Positions 8,788 to 19,626 are shown, numbered from the stretch's first letter. The stretch: DNA of 64,000 nucleotides from Desulfuromonadales bacterium (GCA_033549025.1 JAWSUS010000004.1:64001-128000), one strand, 5' to 3'. Notes: generated by a model not told the origin, from the sequence alone. Numbers and translations are program-made.

Positions 8788-11700
8788 ATGTTGAATCGCA
8801 GTTTCATAATCCTTTTTTTCTGCATTGCCCTGGTGACAGGAGCCGATGCCTCCAGGGCGGCTGACGCGGCCTCGTTTCTGGCGACGCCTGACCTGGGAGT
8901 TCGGGAAACCACCCCCCGTGGTGAGGCGGTGGAAATGCATTTGCCAACCGACGAGACGTATACGCCCTGGCTCCACGACCCTGACCTTTTCATGGAGGAG
9001 CAGGGTGATCGGGTGGAGACGCATGAGGTGGTGGAGGAAGATGTCAACACGATCAAGCTCGACAACTTGGTGCCGCCGATCCACTTCCAGCTCGGGGCGG
9101 TGGACATCCCCGAGGAATACATCGAAAAACTGCGGGATGTTCTGCACGGCATGCGTGATAGGGACAATGTGCGTCTGCATTTCGTCGGCCACAGTGACTC
9201 CCTGCAACTGAGCCCGGCACTGCAAGAGCGCTATGGTGACAATGTTGGTCTGTCCCGGGAGCGTGCCGGAACAACGGCCGAGTACTTTCAGCAGGCTCTC
9301 GCTCTTCCCCCGGAAGCCATTTCCTATGAGGGCATGGGCGACAGCCAGCCCGTCGCCAGTAATGCGACCGAAGCTGACCGCGCTCTTAACCGGCGTGTGG
9401 AAGTCCAGGTCTGGTATGACGAGATTACCGAAAGGATGGTTGAGAAGGAAGTCATCGTCCCGCGTGAGGTCAGTCTTGTCCAGGTATGCCGTAGCGAGAC
9501 CGTCTGCAAGTTGCGCTACAAGGAGGGGCATGCCCATCGGGCCCGGGTTAAAAATCTCATTGTTCCCCTGCGCTACGACGAGGGGATGATAACCGTTCCC
9601 GAGGAATTTGTGCAGCAGGTGGGGCAGGCGTTGAAGAATCTCGACCGCAAGCAGAACGTGGTCGTTAAGTTCATCGCCTATACGGACAATTCACGGCTTT
9701 TTGGCCGGGACGAGCGTATCTACGGCAATCAGCTCGGGTTGTCGAAAGCCGTCGCCCGCCGGGTGTCCCTGGCTGTTCAGGAGGCGCTCGGTCTGCCCAA
9801 CATTGCCGTTGAAAGCGAGGGCAAGGGGGCGGTAAGCCCGGTTGCGTCCAATGAGACGGAACAGGGTCGCGCTTTGAACCGTCGGGTTGAAGTGGAATTC
9901 TGGCATGATGACCCGCTGCAGGATCTGCCGGATGAACCGCAGCTCTGCCCGGAAGACGCTGGCGCCGAAACCCTGACCCGGGTGTACCATTCCCCTTCCG
10001 GTGAGATCGAGCCGATCCTGTTCGAAAACGGCAAGCCGGTTATTCCGGCAGGCACAGCCGAACATCTGCGCCGGATCATGGATGAAATAACGGACAAGGC
10101 CAATGCGCGTCTGCGTTTTGTCGGCTATGCCAGCAACGAGCGTCTGGATCGACGCACGGCCGCGGTTTACGGGGATGATATCGGCCTCTCCACGTCAAGG
10201 GCCCGCCGAACCATGGAAGCCTTGCGCGGCCAAATGGGGCTTGGTGAGCAGCAGGTGGAATTCGAAGGGCGGGGGTATGTGCAATCCGATGACGTGGTGA
10301 ACAGCGGCTTTGTCGAGTCCGATACCTCGCGCGTCGTCGTGCAAGTGGTTTATGACGAGTTGGTTGCCCTTGATGATTACGAGGGGGTCGATATCGTCCG
10401 TTTAACGCGTGAAGTCGTCACCGGCAACCCCTTTGCGTTGAATCTGATGCGCATTTCCGTGGATGGCAAACCGATTGACGACCCGGGCAAAAGTATTCCG
10501 GATGTACAGCGCTGCATCGACGTAGCCCTTGACGAGGCGCACATCGAATTCACACACGACAGTCTGAAGCTGCAGCCGCGTCTTAATGTGACCGCCTGGC
10601 CCCGTGTCATCCGCTATCAAGATCGGGATGATACGGAATTTGCCGAAAATCAGGTTCATTTCCGTCTTTACAGCAACTATCGCAGTTTCATCGAGCGGGC
10701 CGAGGTCAGGATCTTTGCTGAAGAGCAGTCCGAGCGCGATGTGCCCTATGCCGTCATCGAGATGGATTCGGCAGGCATGGCCCAGTGGCAGGCTGATTTT
10801 CAGACCTTTAGCGCGCCGGGGCGTAAACTGAAGTACCTGGTGCGAGTCTATGACACGGCAGGACGCTTCGATGAGACCTCCGCCCAGTGGTTGGCCATCA
10901 TGGACGAGATCGATCCGGCGGTGACCGCCACGAACCCTCAGGAGGAACTGTTGGTTGGATATGGCGAGAGCCGTATTGCCAGCCGGAATATTCCCCTGCA
11001 GGGTGGCACGGTCAAAGCCCTGGGCACGTCCATTCCGGCGGAGCATGGCGTCTGGCTGGCCGGCAACAGCGTACCGGTGGATAAAAACGGACACTTTGTG
11101 GCCGAAGAAATCCTGCCGGATGGACTGCATACCGTTGAGGTGGCAGTGCTTGACAAGGCCGGAAACGGACATCTTTATCTGCGGGATCTGTCGCTGGATA
11201 AGAATGACTGGTTCTATGTGGGGATCGCCGATCTGACCGCTTCGGCCAACAAGACCAACGGCCCGGCCAAACTCCTTGCACCGGACAAACCACAATATAG
11301 CGATGATCTGAGTGTTCAGGGGAGACTGGCCTTCTATACCAAAGGGAAGTTCGGAGACGGCTGGGGATTGACTGCCAGCGCCGACACCCGGGAAGGGGCG
11401 CTTGACGAAATCTTCTCCAATTTCCTGGACAAGTCGCCGGAGGCCCTGTTCCGGCGCATCGATCCCGAGTACCACTTGCCGACCTATGGAGACGACAGCA
11501 CCGTTACCGAAGACGCGCCGACCCTGGGCAAGTTTTATCTGCGCTTGGCCAAGGACAATAATTACGCTCATTGGGGCAATTTCAAGATCAGCTACCTCGA
11601 CAATACCATCGCCCACGTTGATCGTGGACTGTACGGCGCCAATCTGCACTATCAGACCGAGTCCACGACCAGCTTCGGCGAGCAACGTTTCCTGGCAGAC

Positions 11701-13938
11701 GGTTTTGCCGCCGAACCGGGGACGGTGGCCGGGCGGGACGAATTCAGGGGGACGGGAGGCTCCCTCTACTTTCTGCGTCGTCAGGATGTTCTGCAGGGAT
11801 CGGAGCGGATCCGCATCGAGGTTCGCGATAAAGATTCCGGGTTGGTGTTGGAGGCCAAGAACCTTACTCCGGGGCTCGATTACGATTTTGACTACCTGCA
11901 GGGACGTGTCCTGTTGGCTCAGCCCCTCTCCGCCACGGCCGACGATAATCTGTTGGTGAAAAGCGACGGGCTCAGTGGCCATGCGGTTTATCTGGTCGTC
12001 CGTTATGAGTTCACCCCGGGCGTGGACGACCTGGACAAAATGGCGACAGGCGGACGGCTCCATTACTGGTTCAATGATCTCCTCAAGGTCGGCCTGACGA
12101 CCAGCAATCAGGAGGACATCGACGGAGAAAGCAAACTCAACGCCGCGGATGTGACTCTGCGTAAATCGTCCGAATCCTGGCTCAAGCTTGAAGCGGGCAG
12201 TAGTGAAGGCGCCGGAGAACGGAACACAACCTCCAATGACGGTGGCTATGCCTTCAACGAAGCTCCACTTCTGGAGGCGGGCACCAAGGCCATGGGGTAT
12301 CGCCTGGACACCAGCGTGGGCTTCAAGGACTTTTTCGCGAAGGGGCGAGGCCGACTGACGTTCTACCATCAGAGCCTCGAAGCCGGCTACGCGACTCCCG
12401 GCCACATCACGAACCGCGATCTTACCCAGTATGGCGGCACTCTGGCTGTTCCACTGTCTGACCAAGTGGAAATGCAACTCAAGGCTGATAAGGCCGAGCA
12501 AAAAGAGGGCCTTGAGACGACCTCGGGCGAACTCAACGCCGACTACAAACTGGATGAACATTGGACGCTCAGTTCGGGAGTCCGGTATGACAGCCGTGAA
12601 GACAACTCGGCGGTGGTGCCTGAAACCCAGGAGGAAGGGAAGCGCACCGATCTGGTCGCCCGTCTGCTGTATGATTCCAGGTCTCGCTGGACTGCCTACG
12701 GTTACGTCCAGGAATCGTTGCAAACGACCCGAAATCGTGACGACAACGGGCGGCTGGGCGCTGGCGGCAGCTATCGCTTGACGGATCGCTTCAGCCTCAG
12801 CGGCGAGGCCTCGGCCGGGGACCTCGGCGCCGGCGGGCAGCTCGGCACGGAGTACCTTTATTCGGATCGAACCACCCTCTACCTCAACTATGCCCTGGAG
12901 AACGAGCGCACGGACAACGGCCTGCGTGCCCGTCAGGGGAATCTGGCCTCGGGCTTCCGCACCCGCTATTCCGACAGCGCCAGCATCTATCTTGAAGAGC
13001 GCTATACTCATGGCGATGTCCCTACCGGCCTGATGCACTCCACCGGCGTTGATCTCGCCCCATTCGATCATGTCAACCTGGGGGCAAACCTCGATTTCGG
13101 CACCCTCAAGGATTACCAGACCGGGGCAGAAACCCAGCGTACGGCCATCGGCGTCAGTGCCGGCTACGGGATCGAAAAACTCAAACTTGCCACGGCTGTC
13201 GAATACCGGGTGGATGAGGCGGAGATGGAGGATGCGAGCAGCTCCAAGCGCACCACCTGGCTTCTAAAGAACAGTCTCAAGTTCCAGTTGTCGGCGGACT
13301 GGCGTCTCCTCGGCAAATTCAACTATTCCCACAGTGAGAGTTCTCAGGGGCAATTCTATGATGGTGAATACACTGAAGCCGTCCTTGGTTACGCCTATCG
13401 CCCGATCCGGTTTGACCGGTTGAATGCGCTCTTTAAATACACCTATTTTTATAATGTGCCGGCTCCTGAGCAGTCGAGTGGACTGCAGGAAAACCAGCCT
13501 TACGAGGAGGTGATCGTGTCGGACAGTTCCTCGACATCTCCTGCCACGAGTGTAATCCAGCGCAGCCATATCTGGTCTGCTGATGTGATGTTCGATCTGA
13601 CCTCGCGTTGGACCATAGGGGCCAAGTACGCCTACCGTCAGGGCGAGGTGAGCATGGAGCGGGAAGATCCGGATTTCTTCACCAGCCGTGCCCATCTTTA
13701 CGTTGTGCGCGTGGATTGGCGTTTCCTCCATCGCTGGGATGCCCTCATCGAGGGTCGGCAACTTGACCTGCCCGACGCGCATGACCAACGCCGGGGTGTC
13801 CTGGTTGGTCTCTATCGCCACCTGGGTCAGCATGTCAAAGTCGGCGCCGGCTACAACTTCGCGGATTTCTCCGACGACCTGACCGATCTGAGTTATAGGC
13901 ACCAGGGATTGTTTATCAATATTGTCGGGATGATGTAG
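8788..13938 (+). CDS. Large outer-membrane protein with three tandem OmpA/MotB-like peptidoglycan-binding domains and a C-terminal beta-barrel-like region, 1716 aa
   Basis: Signal peptide; motifs GHSD..LSRERA..NRRVE, AYTD..LSKAVA..NRRVE and a degenerate GYAS..LSTSRA. The C-terminal ~650 aa have alternating amphipathic beta-strands with aromatic girdle residues. Confidence 0.8.
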   Translation: MLNRSFIILFFCIALVTGADASRAADAASFLATPDLGVRETTPRGEAVEMHLPTDETYTPWLHDPDLFMEEQGDRVETHEVVEEDVNTIKLDNLVPPIHFQLGAVDIPEEYIEKLRDVLHGMRDRDNVRLHFVGHSDSLQLSPALQERYGDNVGLSRERAGTTAEYFQQALALPPEAISYEGMGDSQPVASNATEADRALNRRVEVQVWYDEITERMVEKEVIVPREVSLVQVCRSETVCKLRYKEGHAHRARVKNLIVPLRYDEGMITVPEEFVQQVGQALKNLDRKQNVVVKFIAYTDNSRLFGRDERIYGNQLGLSKAVARRVSLAVQEALGLPNIAVESEGKGAVSPVASNETEQGRALNRRVEVEFWHDDPLQDLPDEPQLCPEDAGAETLTRVYHSPSGEIEPILFENGKPVIPAGTAEHLRRIMDEITDKANARLRFVGYASNERLDRRTAAVYGDDIGLSTSRARRTMEALRGQMGLGEQQVEFEGRGYVQSDDVVNSGFVESDTSRVVVQVVYDELVALDDYEGVDIVRLTREVVTGNPFALNLMRISVDGKPIDDPGKSIPDVQRCIDVALDEAHIEFTHDSLKLQPRLNVTAWPRVIRYQDRDDTEFAENQVHFRLYSNYRSFIERAEVRIFAEEQSERDVPYAVIEMDSAGMAQWQADFQTFSAPGRKLKYLVRVYDTAGRFDETSAQWLAIMDEIDPAVTATNPQEELLVGYGESRIASRNIPLQGGTVKALGTSIPAEHGVWLAGNSVPVDKNGHFVAEEILPDGLHTVEVAVLDKAGNGHLYLRDLSLDKNDWFYVGIADLTASANKTNGPAKLLAPDKPQYSDDLSVQGRLAFYTKGKFGDGWGLTASADTREGALDEIFSNFLDKSPEALFRRIDPEYHLPTYGDDSTVTEDAPTLGKFYLRLAKDNNYAHWGNFKISYLDNTIAHVDRGLYGANLHYQTESTTSFGEQRFLADGFAAEPGTVAGRDEFRGTGGSLYFLRRQDVLQGSERIRIEVRDKDSGLVLEAKNLTPGLDYDFDYLQGRVLLAQPLSATADDNLLVKSDGLSGHAVYLVVRYEFTPGVDDLDKMATGGRLHYWFNDLLKVGLTTSNQEDIDGESKLNAADVTLRKSSESWLKLEAGSSEGAGERNTTSNDGGYAFNEAPLLEAGTKAMGYRLDTSVGFKDFFAKGRGRLTFYHQSLEAGYATPGHITNRDLTQYGGTLAVPLSDQVEMQLKADKAEQKEGLETTSGELNADYKLDEHWTLSSGVRYDSREDNSAVVPETQEEGKRTDLVARLLYDSRSRWTAYGYVQESLQTTRNRDDNGRLGAGGSYRLTDRFSLSGEASAGDLGAGGQLGTEYLYSDRTTLYLNYALENERTDNGLRARQGNLASGFRTRYSDSASIYLEERYTHGDVPTGLMHSTGVDLAPFDHVNLGANLDFGTLKDYQTGAETQRTAIGVSAGYGIEKLKLATAVEYRVDEAEMEDASSSKRTTWLLKNSLKFQLSADWRLLGKFNYSHSESSQGQFYDGEYTEAVLGYAYRPIRFDRLNALFKYTYFYNVPAPEQSSGLQENQPYEEVIVSDSSSTSPATSVIQRSHIWSADVMFDLTSRWTIGAKYAYRQGEVSMEREDPDFFTSRAHLYVVRVDWRFLHRWDALIEGRQLDLPDAHDQRRGVLVGLYRHLGQHVKVGAGYNFADFSDDLTDLSYRHQGLFINIVGMM

Positions 13939-13986
13939 CTCGATGCTGTTCGAGATATCCAGACCGCAAACGGAAATTAACCACAG

Positions 13987-14526
13987 GTGACAGTTATGCT
14001 CAAAGTTTTGAAAATGATCATTGTGGGGTTAGCGGCAGTGCTGTTGATCCAGCCGGCCTTCGGGCAGGAAGTTTCCAAGGAAGAGATCAAGGGCCTGGAC
14101 GAACAGGTGCAGGAAATCAAGACGGATGTGCTAGGTATCGCGGCAGAACTGAGCCGTCTTGAAGAAAAGCTGCTCTATCCATCCGACACCCAGATCGCTA
14201 TTTTTGTGTCCCTGGCCGAGGGCGAAACCTTTCGGCTCGATGCGGTGGACATCGAACTCGATGGCAAGGAAGTCGCACATCACCTTTATACCTTCAAGGA
14301 ACTCGAAGCTCTGCAAAAAGGCGGGGTGCAGCGCATTTATGTGGGTAACGTCAGAACGGGAGAACATGCCCTGCAGGTTACGGTCAGCGGTAAGTCCGGG
14401 GGAGGTTCCGATTTCCGGAAGCAGGAGAGCTTTACCGTCAGCAAGGATATCGGTCCGCGTCTGGTCGGCCTGGTTCTGGCTGACACCGGCATCGGCAGCC
14501 GACCCATTACCTTGAAGGTTTGGTAG
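13987..14526 (+). CDS. Exported protein with N-terminal coiled coil and beta-rich domain; accessory gene of Agl-Glt-like clusters
   Basis: Signal peptide (AFG-Q), heptad segment LDEQVQEIKTDVLGIAAELSRLEEKL, operon position. Start may be ATG 13996. Confidence 0.65.
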   Translation: MTVMLKVLKMIIVGLAAVLLIQPAFGQEVSKEEIKGLDEQVQEIKTDVLGIAAELSRLEEKLLYPSDTQIAIFVSLAEGETFRLDAVDIELDGKEVAHHLYTFKELEALQKGGVQRIYVGNVRTGEHALQVTVSGKSGGGSDFRKQESFTVSKDIGPRLVGLVLADTGIGSRPITLKVW

Positions 14527-14529
14527 TTC

Positions 14530-16419
14530 ATGGCCAGGTTGATTCTCATACTGGCTGGTCTGTTGTTAGCGACCCCGTCGCTCGCAGCCAGCAAAGCCCC
14601 CTCCGCTGCCCTGCGGGATGTTTATTTCGGGGAGGCGCTCTATCATGCCTATCAGGGGGAGTGGTTTGACGCCATCGCACGTCTTGATACCGAGCTGGGG
14701 CAGTACTACGGGCTGGATGAGCCTGAGCTCGATACCCTCCATTTCCATGTCAATCATGCGAAATTTTCCGTCGGTGACTTCGAGCTGGCCTATCGCATGC
14801 ATCATCGGGCCGGGCGGGCAATCTCGGCGGTGATAGAGGGAAATGTCGAGGAACCCGTTCGCAACGAGGCGATTTATCGCCTGTCCCGAATCTATTTTCA
14901 GAAGGATCAGCCCGTCAATGCCCTGCATGCCCTGGAACGCCTGCGCGGTGAGATTCCCAGCACCATTCGTGACGACGTCGAGTTTCTGCGCGGCCAGATT
15001 TTGCTGGCGGTCGGACGTTTTCAGGAGGCGGCCGGGATCTTCAAGGATTTGCAGGGCTCCAAAAAATATGCGGGTTTTTCCACCTACAACCTCGGCATCG
15101 CTTTGATCAAAGAGGGCCAGGAAGTTGAGGGGCGACAGTTCCTGGATCGCACCGGCCAGTTGCTCAGCGAGGAACCGGCCACGTTGGCCATCAAGGATAA
15201 AGCGAATCTTGCCCTTGGTTACAAACTGCTCGATGATCATGCCGATGAAAGCGCCAGCGCCGTGTTGGAGCGTGTTCGCCTGAACGGGCCCTTCTCCAAT
15301 CGCGCCCTTCTGGGCTGGGGGTGGGCCGATGCCTCGCAAGGCCGTTTTGAACGGGCCCTTGTCCCTTGGAACATCCTGGCGCAGCGCGAGGTGACCGATC
15401 CCGCCGTGCAGGAAGCCTTGCTGGCCGCACCCTATGCCTATGGAAAACTCAACGTTTTTGGTCGGGCGGCGGTGCTGTATGGCAAGGCGCTGGAGGCTTT
15501 CGGACAAGAGATAGACCGGCTCAGTGCCTCGATCAAGTCGGTGCGGGAGGGGAAGTTTCTGGAGGCGCTGACGCGGGAAGAACTGAAGCAGGATGCCAAC
15601 TGGGTGGTCAAACTGCGTCAGCTGCCGGAGACGCCCGAAACCTATTACCTTCTCGAGTTGATGTCGTCCCACGACTTCCAAGAGTCCCTGAAGAACTACC
15701 TCGATCTGGATGTGCTAGAGAAGAAGCTGAGCACCTGGGAGGGTGGCCTGGATGCCTTTGAGGATATTATCCGGCATCGTCGCGCCTATTATGAGCCGCT
15801 GCTCCCCGAAATCGACCAAGCCTTCCGGCAGCTCGACTCACAGATTCGGCTGCGCCTTGAACAAAGGGATCGGATCGAGAAACGCCTGCAGTCCATGTTG
15901 GTGGCACCGCGCCCTGATTACCTTGCCACGGCCCAGGAGCGGATTGTTTTGGAGCGCCTACGGCAGCTGGAGCAGACGATGACTGCCAGCGACGCCGCCG
16001 CAGCCGACAAGGCGCGGGAACGCATCAAGCGATTGCGGGGACTGCTGGCCTGGGACATCGCCACGGAATACGACCAGCGTCTCACGGAAACCTATAAAAA
16101 CCTGGATGAGTTGAATGAAGTGGTGGAACAGTTGAAGAAGCAGTACAACGCCTTTGTTCGGACTCGTCAGGCGGCGACGCAAAGCTATGAAGGGTATGGG
16201 GACGGAATCGGCCGGCAGCGAATTCTTATTGCGGCGGCCAGGGAGAGGGTCAGGATCCTGGGTGCGCGCCAGGGAGACATGCTTGAAACCATGGCGGTCA
16301 ATGAACTCTCCAAACGTCGCGAGCGACTGGAGCAGTACCAGATCACGGCGCGTTTTGCCATCGCCGACAGCTATGACCGGGCCACCAAGGCACAGAATCA
16401 GAAGAGTGTTGGCGAATGA
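14530..16419 (+). CDS. Periplasmic TPR protein with C-terminal coiled coil (GltC-like position)
   Basis: Signal peptide (SLA-A), TPR-like helices (YNLGIALIK, ANLALGY, ALLGWGWA), long helical C-terminus; ATGA overlap with the next gene. Confidence 0.75.
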   Translation: MARLILILAGLLLATPSLAASKAPSAALRDVYFGEALYHAYQGEWFDAIARLDTELGQYYGLDEPELDTLHFHVNHAKFSVGDFELAYRMHHRAGRAISAVIEGNVEEPVRNEAIYRLSRIYFQKDQPVNALHALERLRGEIPSTIRDDVEFLRGQILLAVGRFQEAAGIFKDLQGSKKYAGFSTYNLGIALIKEGQEVEGRQFLDRTGQLLSEEPATLAIKDKANLALGYKLLDDHADESASAVLERVRLNGPFSNRALLGWGWADASQGRFERALVPWNILAQREVTDPAVQEALLAAPYAYGKLNVFGRAAVLYGKALEAFGQEIDRLSASIKSVREGKFLEALTREELKQDANWVVKLRQLPETPETYYLLELMSSHDFQESLKNYLDLDVLEKKLSTWEGGLDAFEDIIRHRRAYYEPLLPEIDQAFRQLDSQIRLRLEQRDRIEKRLQSMLVAPRPDYLATAQERIVLERLRQLEQTMTASDAAAADKARERIKRLRGLLAWDIATEYDQRLTETYKNLDELNEVVEQLKKQYNAFVRTRQAATQSYEGYGDGIGRQRILIAAARERVRILGARQGDMLETMAVNELSKRRERLEQYQITARFAIADSYDRATKAQNQKSVGE

Positions 16420-19400
16420 AGCGATTGCGACTGATTTTTATAGCCGTACCTGTGTTACTTGCCGCCTGCCAATCAGGCAGCAGCAGGGAAACGATCGCCC
16501 AGTTGCGCCATGTAAAGATCGATATTCAAGAAGAGGCAATCGCTGGCGGCCTTGAAAAAGCCATGGAGAGTTATCGGCGTTTTCTGGAAGAAACGCCCGA
16601 ATCGGCGTTGACACCAGAGGCGATTCGGCGTCTGGCTGACTTGAAAATTGAGCGGGAGTATGGTTTCGCCAGCGAAGCGGACACCAACCGGGATGACAGC
16701 GAGGTTTCGGTGTTGCCCGCTCCGGAGAGGGCTCAGGGGGCGAAGATCACCGCACCGACCGCGGAAGAAGAGCCGCTCGCTGCCCGGATTGAAACGCAGA
16801 CGGATTTTGAACAGCGGGCGACCCAGGCTGAATCCATCGCCCCTTCCGAAACGAGCGCTGAGGGGCTTCCCGGAGAGATTGAAGAGCTCGAACGGGCTGG
16901 GGCGCGGGAGGCGATTGAACTGTATCAGAAGTTGCTGGCCAAATATCCCCTGTATGAGCGCAACGACCAGGTATTGTACCAGATGTCCAGAGCCTATGAA
17001 GAATTGGGACAGGTCGAAGAGGCCATGGAAGTGATGAATCGCCTGGTCCGAGACTTTCCACACTCCCGTTATATCGACGAGGTGCAGTTCAGGCGTGCGG
17101 AGTTCTTTTTTACCCGCAAACATTATCTCGACGCGGAAGAATCCTACAAACGTGTTGTGGAAATGGGCGTCAGTTCCACATATTTCGAGCTCGCGCTATA
17201 CAAACTGGGATGGGCCTATTACAAACAGGAACTCTACGAAGAGGCCGTGCATAATTTCGTTGCCTTGCTGGATCACAAGGTCTCTAGGGGGTATGACTTT
17301 GCCCAGTCCCACGATGATCTCGAGCGCAAGCGTATTGACGATACCTTCCGCGTCATCAGCCAGAGTTTCTCGTACCTTGGCGGCGCCGATTCCGTCATGG
17401 AATACCTCGATAATTACGGCAAACGCAGCTATGAGGATCTCCTCTTCAGCAATTTAGGTGAATTCTATTTCGAAAAGCGGCGTTACAGCGATTCCGCGGC
17501 CGCTTACAATGCCTTTATCAGTCGCAATCCTTACCATCGCGTGTCGCCGCAGTTCCACATGCGCGTCATTGAGATTCACATGGCCGGAGGCTTCCCGACC
17601 CTGGTCATCGAGTCCAAGAAATCCTTTGCCCGCAATTACGGACTCAAGGCTGACTACTGGGAATATTTCGAACCGACGGATCGTCCCGATGTTATGGGAC
17701 TTCTGAAAGGCAATTTGACTGATCTGGCCCAGCATTATCATGCGTTGTACCAGGATCCCAAACAGGTCAAGGAAAAGGGGGAGAACTTCAGGGAGGCGCA
17801 GCACTGGTACGAGGAGTTTCTGGTCTCATTCCCGCAGGATGTTGAATCGCCGGGGATCAACTATCAATTGGCTGAGCTGCTGCTGGAGAATCATTCCTTT
17901 GCCCGGGCGGCGGTGGAATACGAAAAGACGGCCTACAACTACCCCCGTCACGACAAATCGTCCGCCGCTGGTTACGCGGCCATCTATGCCTATCGCGAAT
18001 ATCTGCGCGTTGCTGCCCCGGAGGAGAAGAGCAGGGTCAGACGCGAGACCGTGCGCAGTTCGCTTACCTTTGCCGAGACGTTTCCCGAGCACGAAAAGGC
18101 TGCCATCGTCCTGGGAGCGGCTGCGGATGATCTGTTTGATATGAAGGACTTTGAACAGGCTCTTGCCGCGGCACGCCGACTGCTGGAGGTGTTCCCTGAA
18201 GCCGCCCAAAAGGTCCGTCGCTCGGCCTGGATCGTCGTCGGACATTCCTGCTATGAGCTTGAGCGTTACGCCGAGGCTGAAGCCGGCTACGTGCAGGTTC
18301 TCGCTCTGCTTTCCCCCGAGGACAAGAATCGCCCCGGCTTTATCGACAATCTGGCGGCGGCCATTTACAGGCAGGGGGAGGAGGCCAATGTCCGGCAGGA
18401 TTATCGTGCAGCCGCCGATCATTTTCTGCGTGTCGGACGCATGGCACCGGCTTCCAAAATCCGGGAGAATGCCGAATACGATGCTGCGGCCGCCCTGATT
18501 CAGCTCAAGGACTGGAACGCCGCCGCCACGGTGCTGGTCGGTTTTCGGGAACTTTTTCCCGGGCACGCGCTGCAGCCCGAAGTGACCAAAAAAATAGCCT
18601 TTGTTTACAGGGAAGACGGTCAGCTGGCCATGGCTGCCGGCGAATACGAACGTGTCGAGCGGGAATCCAAGGATGACGAGGTAAGACGAGGCGCTCTCCT
18701 GCTGGCCGCGGAGCTGTATCAGCAGGCCGGGGACAGCCGACAGACGCTTGTGGTCTATCGACGTTTTGTGACTTATTTCCCCCAGCCCGTCGAGATGAAT
18801 CTGGAAATGCGCAACAAAATCGCGGTCATTCTGAAGGAGGAAGGGGATCAGAAAAACTACTTGCTCGAGCTTAAAGATATCGTCGCCATTGATGCAGGCG
18901 CGGGGCGTGAACGGACCGCAAGAACGCGCTATCTGGCCGGCACGGCTGCGCTTGTCTTGGCCGAGCAGACTTTTGACCGGTTCGTGGAAGCACGGCTGGT
19001 CGCGCCCTTCGAGGTCAATTTGCGCAAGAAGCAGGAATTACTGAAGGCCTCGACTCAGGCCTTCAATAAGCTGATCGAGTATGAGGTTGGCGAGGTCACA
19101 GCGGCGGCCACATTTTATCTGGCCGAGATTTACGCGCACTTCAGCAAGGCCTTGATGGAGTCCGAGCGTCCTTCCGGCCTGAATGCCCTGGAGCGGGAAG
19201 AGTATGAACTGGCGCTTGAAGAGCAGGCGTATCCTTTTGAGGAAAGAGCGATTCAGATCCACGAGAAAAATCTGGAGCTGATCATGATCGGCATCTATAA
19301 CCCCTGGATTGAGCAGAGCCTCGCCAAGCTGGCCGTGTTCGTGCCGGCACGTTATGACAAGTCGGAAGTTTCGGCCGAGGTCATTGCTTCTCTGGAGACA

Positions 19401-19604
19401 TACAGCTTCGAGATCGAGAAACCGGTATTGCCGCCCCCCGTGCCCGAGGTCGAGAATGTGCCAGCCGCAGAAACGACTGACTCAACGGTGGAGGGTGGCC
19501 TCGCCGAGGATGTAGACGGACATGACGACTTGGGCACCTCCGATACGGTGCCGCCATCGCAGGAGCCTTCCCCTCAAGAGGAAGCCCAGGCGCCTTCGGT
19601 GTGA
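16416..19604 (+). CDS. Large TPR lipoprotein, GltD/AgmU-like
   Basis: Lipobox LLAAC; many TPRs (DQVLYQMSRAY, EVQFRRAEFFF, ALYKLGWAYY); C-terminal motif YELALEEQAYPFEERAIQIHEKN typical of GltD-like proteins; acidic disordered tail. Confidence 0.75.
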   Translation: MKRLRLIFIAVPVLLAACQSGSSRETIAQLRHVKIDIQEEAIAGGLEKAMESYRRFLEETPESALTPEAIRRLADLKIEREYGFASEADTNRDDSEVSVLPAPERAQGAKITAPTAEEEPLAARIETQTDFEQRATQAESIAPSETSAEGLPGEIEELERAGAREAIELYQKLLAKYPLYERNDQVLYQMSRAYEELGQVEEAMEVMNRLVRDFPHSRYIDEVQFRRAEFFFTRKHYLDAEESYKRVVEMGVSSTYFELALYKLGWAYYKQELYEEAVHNFVALLDHKVSRGYDFAQSHDDLERKRIDDTFRVISQSFSYLGGADSVMEYLDNYGKRSYEDLLFSNLGEFYFEKRRYSDSAAAYNAFISRNPYHRVSPQFHMRVIEIHMAGGFPTLVIESKKSFARNYGLKADYWEYFEPTDRPDVMGLLKGNLTDLAQHYHALYQDPKQVKEKGENFREAQHWYEEFLVSFPQDVESPGINYQLAELLLENHSFARAAVEYEKTAYNYPRHDKSSAAGYAAIYAYREYLRVAAPEEKSRVRRETVRSSLTFAETFPEHEKAAIVLGAAADDLFDMKDFEQALAAARRLLEVFPEAAQKVRRSAWIVVGHSCYELERYAEAEAGYVQVLALLSPEDKNRPGFIDNLAAAIYRQGEEANVRQDYRAAADHFLRVGRMAPASKIRENAEYDAAAALIQLKDWNAAATVLVGFRELFPGHALQPEVTKKIAFVYREDGQLAMAAGEYERVERESKDDEVRRGALLLAAELYQQAGDSRQTLVVYRRFVTYFPQPVEMNLEMRNKIAVILKEEGDQKNYLLELKDIVAIDAGAGRERTARTRYLAGTAALVLAEQTFDRFVEARLVAPFEVNLRKKQELLKASTQAFNKLIEYEVGEVTAAATFYLAEIYAHFSKALMESERPSGLNALEREEYELALEEQAYPFEERAIQIHEKNLELIMIGIYNPWIEQSLAKLAVFVPARYDKSEVSAEVIASLETYSFEIEKPVLPPPVPEVENVPAAETTDSTVEGGLAEDVDGHDDLGTSDTVPPSQEPSPQEEAQAPSV

Positions 19605-19626
19605 CACAGGTAAGGATTAACATTCG

